This document shows positions 54,095-61,154 of a DNA stretch of 64,000 nucleotides, in pieces (the first letter of the stretch is position 1; the number at the start of each line of letters is the position of its first letter). The notes beneath the pieces are model-generated. The model ran no database searches and was not told where the DNA came from. It worked only from the letters and a program-made list of their open reading frames with translations. A program made the translations under genes and the position numbers. Origin of the DNA: Promethearchaeota archaeon (GTDB taxonomy: Archaea > Asgardarchaeota > Lokiarchaeia > Sigyniarchaeales > SOKP01); NCBI GenBank assembly GCA_048940645.1, contig JBHLOI010000007.1:28648-92647 (forward strand), given 5' to 3'.

Positions 54095-54304
54095 ATGTCT
54101 GAATATATTAGTTGGAGTCCTATTAGAAGATTAATGAAGCATAATGGCGCTATAATTGTTGCTCGTGATGCTGTGGATGAACTAGTTGATTGGATGGGCA
54201 TGGCAGCAGAAAAAATAACTAAATCTGCCTTGAGTTTAACAAAGCATGCTAAAAGAAAGAAAGTAACTCGAGATGACATCCTATTAGCCATTAAATACTT
54301 TTAA
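54095..54304 (+). CDS. archaeal histone (HMf family, single histone fold)
   Basis: 69 aa. SPIRRLMKHNGAIIVARDAVDELVDWMGMAAEKITKSALSLTKHAKRKKVTRDDILLAIKYF is collinear with HMfA/B (..PIGRIIK.AGAERVS.DA...L...LEE.....A..A..LAKHAGRKT....DI.LA). Confidence 0.9.
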   Translation: MSEYISWSPIRRLMKHNGAIIVARDAVDELVDWMGMAAEKITKSALSLTKHAKRKKVTRDDILLAIKYF

Positions 54305-54343
54305 AATAAATAGGAAAGAAACCATCCTAAATTTAATTTATTA

Positions 54344-54368
54344 TTTTTTTTAATTTTAAATTTTTTTT
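54344..54368 (+). terminator. two T8 tracts downstream of the histone gene (archaeal oligo-T termination signals)
   Basis: T8 at 54344-54351 and T8 at 54361-54368, starting 40 nt after the stop codon. Confidence 0.5.
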
Positions 54369-54427
54369 CTTGAGATTTAATTACTGTAAAGTGCAATCTA
54401 ATTTTTTACAGTTCTGGATTTGTATTT

Positions 54428-54853
54428 TTATTCATGTTCAAGATGAAATAACATATGCCCCTCATATTGAAAGTTATTTACACTTTTTAGGAGTGTTTCT
54501 AACTTAACATTTTCCGTTGTAAGTATGACAACCACTTCAAATTTACTTAATTGGAAAACCAAAACGCCGCCTTTAGACCCTTTAATATGTAAATAATTGA
54601 ATTCTCCATTATCCATTTCATTATTTCCTCTCTTTCCTACTGCTAATATTGTAGCAGAAAGAGCAGATAACTGACTTTTATTAATACCTCTAGGTAGAGT
54701 AGATGCAATTGGTAAACCTTCGACAGAAAGCAAAATGACTCCCTTAATTGCTGAATTTGTATTTTGCAGACTAAATAAAAATTTTTCGACGTTTTCTGGA
54801 TGATATCTCAATATTAGTAGATAAGAAAAGTGAAAATAAATACATTTGTTCAT
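54428..54853 (-). CDS. Roadblock/LC7 (MglB-like) domain protein
   Basis: AIKGVILLSVEGLPIASTLPRGINKSQLSALSATILAVGKRGNNEM...GEFNYLHIKGSKGGVLVFQL...VVVILT follows the Robl_LC7 pattern. ATG at 54853 preferred over the TTG at 54868. Confidence 0.7.
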   Translation of the reverse strand: MNKCIYFHFSYLLILRYHPENVEKFLFSLQNTNSAIKGVILLSVEGLPIASTLPRGINKSQLSALSATILAVGKRGNNEMDNGEFNYLHIKGSKGGVLVFQLSKFEVVVILTTENVKLETLLKSVNNFQYEGHMLFHLEHE

Positions 54854-54878
54854 ACAATTTTCAAGCAAGAGGGCGAAA

Positions 54879-55310
54879 TTAAGGACTAATTAATATTTTC
54901 TTTTTATCATATTCATCTGGATCTCCACCACCTTCAAGGTATTCAGCGAACTTCTTTAAGTCATTTAATATAAATAGTATACCTCTTTCTAATATTTTTT
55001 CATGTTCCACGATTTTATAATCAATCCATGCAGATACTTCAGTTAAGTCACCTTTCGCTTTTAAAACATATCCGAATGAGGTAAAATACTCGCTTTCTGC
55101 TGTATTAGTAAATATTTCATTTTCTTTGCGCTCTATATTGGTATACGTATAATTTCCCCCAGTAGATTTGATAAAACTTTCATTTGGCCCAGTTTGAGTG
55201 ATTTCCTTCACGGTGGAATTCCATTTACGAATTAGGGAGATATCAGTTAAGCTATTATAAATTATACTAGGTGGAGCATTTATCTCAATTCTACTTTCAA
55301 CTTTAGCCAT
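54879..55310 (-). CDS. SRPBCC (START/Bet v1/polyketide-cyclase-like) ligand-binding protein
   Basis: VESRIEINAPPSIIYNSLTDISLIRKWNSTVKEI... is the typical N-terminal beta-strand/helix of the Polyketide_cyc2/SRPBCC fold. It ends about 10-25 nt before the Roadblock start. Confidence 0.7.
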   Translation of the reverse strand: MAKVESRIEINAPPSIIYNSLTDISLIRKWNSTVKEITQTGPNESFIKSTGGNYTYTNIERKENEIFTNTAESEYFTSFGYVLKAKGDLTEVSAWIDYKIVEHEKILERGILFILNDLKKFAEYLEGGGDPDEYDKKKILISP

Positions 55311-55655
55311 ATAATCATCTCATAGAATTTACAAAAAAGTAAGTTACTTTGGCTTTTATATTTTTGTCTATTATGACAAATTTTTTAAAATCCTCCTAAT
55401 TTTAGGGTAGGAATTTGATAGAAGCTCAAAAAAGTAATATTAAAAAAAATTTTTTTGTCAAAAGTACTATATTGAGTCAACAACAATTATGTAGATTCAA
55501 CAAGTTTATTAAGGATCATTTCTATAATAAAAATAACTAGTTGTTTCTGTGTTTTATATTTTCTGCTTATAAAAAATTAGAGATAATTTTCACAGAGATA
55601 GTTCATATAAGGCACAAAATTTAAGAGAAACTAGAGATAAACAAAGAGAAAAAAA

Positions 55656-57239
55656 ATGAAGATTCTATATGTAAATCCTGCTCGATTGGAAGCAGGGTTG
55701 GATGCCATCATTAAGGGTTCGCCCTTAAGCCTTATTTCAATTGCTGCCATGGTTCCTGAACATGATGCTAAATTATTTGATTTTAAAGTTGATAAATATC
55801 GTGAAAAGAGATTTCGCAGTGATTTAAACCGATATGACGTAGTTGCTATTACAAGTATGACACCCCAGATATATCACGCATTAGAGGTGGCACATATGGC
55901 CAAAGAACAAGGATGTCGTACAATACTAGGCGGATATCACCCTACTCTGGCACCCGAATTCGTAGCACGGCAACCGGACGTAGATTTCACCATTAGAGGT
56001 GAGGGAGAACATACTTTTAAAGAAGTAATTGATTATCTTGATGGTAATAGAAATAATATTGAATTAAATCAAATTGATGGCTTATCGTATAAGGATAAAG
56101 ATGGAACAGTAAAACATAATAAAGAGCGTCAATTAGAATGCGATTTAGATAGCCTTCCTATGCCTCGAAGAGATTTATTAGACGATACAAAGTATATTTA
56201 CTTAGGAGCAAGAGTAGCTCAGCTTGAAACGTCACGCGGCTGCCCACACAATTGTAAATTCTGTTGCATCATTAAAATGTGGAGGAATTCAAATAAACCT
56301 GTAGTTTATAGAACAAAATCAACTAAAAGGATAATGCGAGAAATTTATGATGTTGATTGGAAAAATGATTTTATCTTTTTCTGTGAAGATAATTTTACTA
56401 TTAAAATAAAACGGACAAAAAAAATACTAGAGACAATGATTCGTTCAGGAGTCCCAAACAAAATTTATTTTTCCTGTCAATCCCGAGTTGATACATTATA
56501 TCGAAATCCTTGGTTAGTTGATTTAATGCACAAGGCAGGCATGAGACAAGTATTTTTAGGTATTGAGAGTGTGCACCAACAAAGCCTTGACGCTATGAAT
56601 AAACAAAATACTACTCCAGAAATGGTTAAAGGTGTTGTAACTATGCTCCAGGACCGAGGAATTTCAATATTCGGAGGTGTTATTATTGGATTTCCAGGTG
56701 AAACTAAAACAATGGTAAGACAAAATATTCAATTTGCTAGATCCCTTAATTTAACCTGTATTCAATTTACTCCCATTACAGCATTTCCGGGAACTGAGTT
56801 CTACAATGAAATGTCAGAAAAAAAAATGATTACAACAAAGAATTATAGATACTATGATTTATTTCATCCAATGATGCGTACAGAACAACTAACAACTAAT
56901 GAAATATATGAATTAGTAGGCGAAGCATATTCTGCATATTATCTTAGTAAGGGTTGGCTTGGAATGCTCATAAAAAGATATACTAATCCTTTTGGTAAAT
57001 TTAACTGGATGGGCCGAAATGTACCACGCTTTGCTAAAACTGTTATTAAAAGTGGAAATGATATGCTTCATTCAATGGGAATGAGTAAATCGATAATTTC
57101 TGATGAATTAAAAGAATTTATGGAAAATGGAATACCCAATACAACATTCATACCTAAAAAATCTGATAGTTTAGACAAAAAAGGCGAACATATCACATTT
57201 ATTAGAAAAGTACAAAAACCAGCAAAAATCGCCAATTAA
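55656..57239 (+). CDS. B12-binding-domain radical SAM enzyme (class B)
   Basis: N-terminal cobalamin-binding-like Rossmann region (YDVVAITSMTPQ...GGYHPT). Radical SAM cluster motif ETSRGCPHNCKFCC. GIES, GFPGET. Confidence 0.85.
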   Translation: MKILYVNPARLEAGLDAIIKGSPLSLISIAAMVPEHDAKLFDFKVDKYREKRFRSDLNRYDVVAITSMTPQIYHALEVAHMAKEQGCRTILGGYHPTLAPEFVARQPDVDFTIRGEGEHTFKEVIDYLDGNRNNIELNQIDGLSYKDKDGTVKHNKERQLECDLDSLPMPRRDLLDDTKYIYLGARVAQLETSRGCPHNCKFCCIIKMWRNSNKPVVYRTKSTKRIMREIYDVDWKNDFIFFCEDNFTIKIKRTKKILETMIRSGVPNKIYFSCQSRVDTLYRNPWLVDLMHKAGMRQVFLGIESVHQQSLDAMNKQNTTPEMVKGVVTMLQDRGISIFGGVIIGFPGETKTMVRQNIQFARSLNLTCIQFTPITAFPGTEFYNEMSEKKMITTKNYRYYDLFHPMMRTEQLTTNEIYELVGEAYSAYYLSKGWLGMLIKRYTNPFGKFNWMGRNVPRFAKTVIKSGNDMLHSMGMSKSIISDELKEFMENGIPNTTFIPKKSDSLDKKGEHITFIRKVQKPAKIAN

Positions 57240-57371
57240 ATTTAATTAATTATCCTATTTTTTATATTTTATAATTTATATGAATAAAATACCTAGTAGC
57301 TTTAATCTAAACATTTAAATTATTAAGTTAGCAGTTAGAAATTTGGATGCATCATATTTTTTGATTAATAC

Positions 57372-57414
57372 GTGATAAATTAGTTATTTTTAATATTTAT
57401 CACACTTTTTTTTT
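57372..57414 (+). terminator. 9-bp hairpin (GTGATAAAT / ATTTATCAC, 14-nt loop) followed after 2 nt (AC) by T9
   Basis: Read directly: 57372-57380 pairs with 57395-57403, then T9 at 57406-57414. Sits between the convergent radical SAM and MFS genes. Confidence 0.4.
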
Positions 57415-57441
57415 AAAAAAAAAAAAAATTTTTTTAAAAAC

Positions 57442-58887
57442 TCAAATTTTTCCTTCTTTTCGTAAACTTTCTAGATATGCTTTTTCTTTTTCTTGATGTA
57501 TTTTATGTAGTTCAGCTTTCTGCTTTTTCCATTCAGGACCATGTAAGGGAAAGAATTTTATAGCAATAGCCGCTAAAAATATGAATATTGCTGGTACAAT
57601 GCAAAATCCGATCATTATTCCTAGTTTTGCGTCAGGGCTTTGTGAAAGCCCCAATTTAGCAAGTTCATTATCATATCCAAAAGCATCAATAATTAGTAGA
57701 AATAACCATGGTGCTAGAGATACAGCAGGTTTGGTTAACAAGGCATTAACCCCAGAATAGCTTGTTTCACGGCGTTTATTAGTTAAAACCTCATCATGAT
57801 CTATTACATCCGCAATAAGCATCTGTCCAGTCATATAATAACCTGAAAATCCAATTCCTAGCAAAATCATACCAATAATGGCTGTTTCAAAGAGCCAACC
57901 AATTCCAAAAAAAAGTATAAAACTTGATCCTATTAAAAAGAGAATTATCATGTACACTTTTTTCAATTCATATTTGCGTAGAATTTTGTTATAAACAATT
58001 GTAAATGCGAAAACAAATAAAAAGAAAATCGCTAATGGTATCATACCCATAATTCCTCCAAGTTCCAACACAGAACTAATGTAATAGAAAACAGCGGTAG
58101 TCAAAGTATACTGCGCTAAAGTAGTACAAAAATTTCCAGCTTCAAAAATTAGAAAAGGCTTATTTTTAAAAGTTTCAGTTAAACCTTTCCAATAACCTAA
58201 TGGTTCTTCAAGTTGAGTATACTTTCTTTCTTTTATAAAATAACTACTCACAAATAAAATTAAACCACAAATTATTCCTATGATTACCATACTAGTTAAG
58301 AAAATATTTATAGGTGGTGGTGGTACTGGAGTTAATAATAGTGTTGGAAGTAAAAATGTGATTAACGTCCCAAGAGCACTAAAAATTGATCCAAATACCA
58401 TTATACTTGCACGAGCTTTCGAAGATATAGCCATTTCCGCCGGTAATGAATAAGTAATAAGACCTATCATTGTATAAATCGTATCAAAAGCATAAAGGAT
58501 GATTAAATAGTTTAAAAATAAAGCTATTTCATCATTAACATTTACTAGTGGAAACCAACATAACATAAATAGGATTGTATATATAGGTGATCCAAAACGA
58601 AGGTAAGGAATTCTTCTCCCATATTTTTTAGATTTGGTACGATCTTCTATAAAACCAAAAAGTGGGTCATTTACTGCGTTCCATATTATAAATATGATCC
58701 AAGCTAATCCTGTCCAATATTCATCAAGTAAGAGAATATTATTATAATAATAAGTAATTGGTCCTAAACCTAAACCCGATAATATTCCACTTGCTAAAGT
58801 AGCTCCTCCAAAAGCAAATTTTGATTTTCCTGGAATTTTTTCCTCAATTTCTATACTTACAGAATTAGTTTCTGTCATTTTTCTCAT
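57442..58887 (-). CDS. MFS transporter, glycoside-pentoside-hexuronide (GPH/MelB-like) family
   Basis: 12-TM protein with the GPH loop motif DPLFGFIEDRTKSKKYGRRIPYL between TM2 and TM3. Confidence 0.8.
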   Translation of the reverse strand: MRKMTETNSVSIEIEEKIPGKSKFAFGGATLASGILSGLGLGPITYYYNNILLLDEYWTGLAWIIFIIWNAVNDPLFGFIEDRTKSKKYGRRIPYLRFGSPIYTILFMLCWFPLVNVNDEIALFLNYLIILYAFDTIYTMIGLITYSLPAEMAISSKARASIMVFGSIFSALGTLITFLLPTLLLTPVPPPPINIFLTSMVIIGIICGLILFVSSYFIKERKYTQLEEPLGYWKGLTETFKNKPFLIFEAGNFCTTLAQYTLTTAVFYYISSVLELGGIMGMIPLAIFFLFVFAFTIVYNKILRKYELKKVYMIILFLIGSSFILFFGIGWLFETAIIGMILLGIGFSGYYMTGQMLIADVIDHDEVLTNKRRETSYSGVNALLTKPAVSLAPWLFLLIIDAFGYDNELAKLGLSQSPDAKLGIMIGFCIVPAIFIFLAAIAIKFFPLHGPEWKKQKAELHKIHQEKEKAYLESLRKEGKI

Positions 58888-58985
58888 AAATTATGTTAAT
58901 TCTTTAAAATAATATTTTACGTTATTTTATAAAAATCTTTCAGAGTTGTATTCTTTAAATAGAATCATGTAAAGTCTTCCTTAAC

Positions 58986-61139
58986 ATGCAAACTCAAAAA
59001 CTGGAGTATTTTAACGGCCCTTTCTTAAAAATGAATAAGGTATTTTATCGACACTATCAAGAAAACATTGTTAAGAGATGTAATAATAAAAATACTCTGG
59101 TTGTTTTGCCAACTGGTTTAGGAAAGACAATTATTGGCATTTTACTTATCGCAAAATCATTAGAAAGGTATCCAAAATCAAAAATCATAATTTTAGCACC
59201 AACTAGACCATTAGTTTCACAACATAAATCATCATGCCAAAAATTCCTTGATATTGAGATTGAAAACATTACTGCATTTACAGGAAAAATTCAGCCGGAA
59301 AAAAGAATACTTCTCTTTAATAATTCAAAAGTGATAATTTCTACTCCTCAAGTGATTAAAAATGATATTGAAAGAGGTAGATATAATTTAAACCATATTT
59401 CTTTATTAATTTTTGATGAAGGACATCGAACTAAAGGCAATTATGCTTATAATTTCATTTCAAATGAATATATAAATACGTGTTCAGATCCACTAATATT
59501 AGCATTAACAGCATCTCCAGGTAAAGATTATTCATACATTCAACAATTATGCGATAACCTATTCATTGAGAATGTTGTCTTCAAATCCTATGATGATGGG
59601 GATGTACAAAAATACATCTATGATATTGATACTTTTTTAGAGTTTGTAAATGTTCCAATTAAGGTTTTGGAAATCAGTGCTATCTGGTATAACTTATTTG
59701 AGAGACATTTAAGACTATTTATTGATTGGAAATTAATTCCCCCCAATAAAAAGTATTATTCAAAAGTAGAGTTTCTAGGAATAGCTCGGGATTTAACTTT
59801 ATCATTAAGATATGAAAATGGTTATGAGCCAGATTTATCAGAGGATGATTATATCAATTTATTATATCATCAAGCCCCAAAAGTTATTGATATAATTAGA
59901 GAAGAAGAACTTAATATTCAAACCATTTATTCTTATTGTTCTAGTTGTATTAGTCTTCTTCATGGTAAAGATTTGCTAGAAACCCAAAATTACTCATTAT
60001 TTAAATCTTTCTTAGAAAGAATAAAATCAAAATCAGAAAAGGGTATATTATCAGCTAAAAGAATTATTCACTCAGAACACTATAAATTCATAGAAAGTTT
60101 GCTAGGAAATATAAAAGATGAACAGTTATCCCATCCTAAAATAGAAAAAGTGCTCTCAATAATTCAAGAGGAATCTCAAGAATACAACAATCATAAAATC
60201 TTGATTTTCACCCAATTTCGCGAAATGGCAGAACATCTAAAAAATAAAATTACAAATCAATTTAAAGCAAATTTAAAAGTAGAGAAATTTATTGGTCAAG
60301 CATCTAAATTTAATGATTTTGGATTTTCTCAAAACAGGCAATTAGATATTCTTGACAAATTTAGATCGGGAGAAGTCAATATATTAATCGCAACTAGTGT
60401 GGCAGAAGAAGGTCTTGATATTCCAAATGTAGATGCAATAATTTTCTATGAACCCGTTCCGTCTGAAATTCGTTTAATTCAAAGAAGAGGGAGAACTGGA
60501 AGAAATTCTTCAGGTAGATGTTACATTCTCCTTACTGAAGGAACAGTTGATGTGCCTTTTCATAAAGTTGCCACTCGAAAGGAAAAGACTATGAATTATA
60601 TTCTTTCAAAACCCACAACTTTAGAATTATCCAAAAATCTTGAAAGGCATAAAATTGATTTTCAAAAAAGTAAAATTTATGGTCATAGCTTAGACTTTAT
60701 TAAACAACTTAAAGAACGTAAAGAAAAAGAAAAAGAAGTTCTTGCTGATCATTCGCTTGAAGATATAATTACAGAAATTGATAATTTTGCTAACAGTAGT
60801 GAATATCAAGAATTAAAAGAATATGGAATAATAAATTTCAATGATATAATTAAGTTAGATAAAGGTAAATTAAAAAAGTCTCTACTAAAAATAAAATTGA
60901 ACAAAAGTAATCAATCTAAGAAAAGGATTCCTCATATAAATAAGAAAATAAGAACTCTCATAAATATAATAAAAATTTATGGGCAAAATGGAATACTTAA
61001 CTTTTCAACATTTCAGGATCTTGCCCGTGAAGAAGATATCTATGACGATAAATTTTATATCCATTTTAATCAAGCATGCTATTTAGGTTATATTAGTAAA
61101 CAAGCTGAAAAGGTCCAATTAATTTCGGATTGTGAATAA
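58986..61139 (+). CDS. Hef/FANCM/Mph1-family SF2 helicase without a recognisable ERCC4 nuclease domain
   Basis: YRHYQENIV, Walker A LPTGLGKT, DEGH, TASPG, inserted helical domain, FTQFR, ATSVAEEGLDIP, QRRGRTGR. The C-terminal about 160 aa lack the GDxnERKxxxD nuclease motif. Confidence 0.8.
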   Translation: MQTQKLEYFNGPFLKMNKVFYRHYQENIVKRCNNKNTLVVLPTGLGKTIIGILLIAKSLERYPKSKIIILAPTRPLVSQHKSSCQKFLDIEIENITAFTGKIQPEKRILLFNNSKVIISTPQVIKNDIERGRYNLNHISLLIFDEGHRTKGNYAYNFISNEYINTCSDPLILALTASPGKDYSYIQQLCDNLFIENVVFKSYDDGDVQKYIYDIDTFLEFVNVPIKVLEISAIWYNLFERHLRLFIDWKLIPPNKKYYSKVEFLGIARDLTLSLRYENGYEPDLSEDDYINLLYHQAPKVIDIIREEELNIQTIYSYCSSCISLLHGKDLLETQNYSLFKSFLERIKSKSEKGILSAKRIIHSEHYKFIESLLGNIKDEQLSHPKIEKVLSIIQEESQEYNNHKILIFTQFREMAEHLKNKITNQFKANLKVEKFIGQASKFNDFGFSQNRQLDILDKFRSGEVNILIATSVAEEGLDIPNVDAIIFYEPVPSEIRLIQRRGRTGRNSSGRCYILLTEGTVDVPFHKVATRKEKTMNYILSKPTTLELSKNLERHKIDFQKSKIYGHSLDFIKQLKERKEKEKEVLADHSLEDIITEIDNFANSSEYQELKEYGIINFNDIIKLDKGKLKKSLLKIKLNKSNQSKKRIPHINKKIRTLINIIKIYGQNGILNFSTFQDLAREEDIYDDKFYIHFNQACYLGYISKQAEKVQLISDCE

Positions 61140-61154
61140 GATATAATTTGAAAA

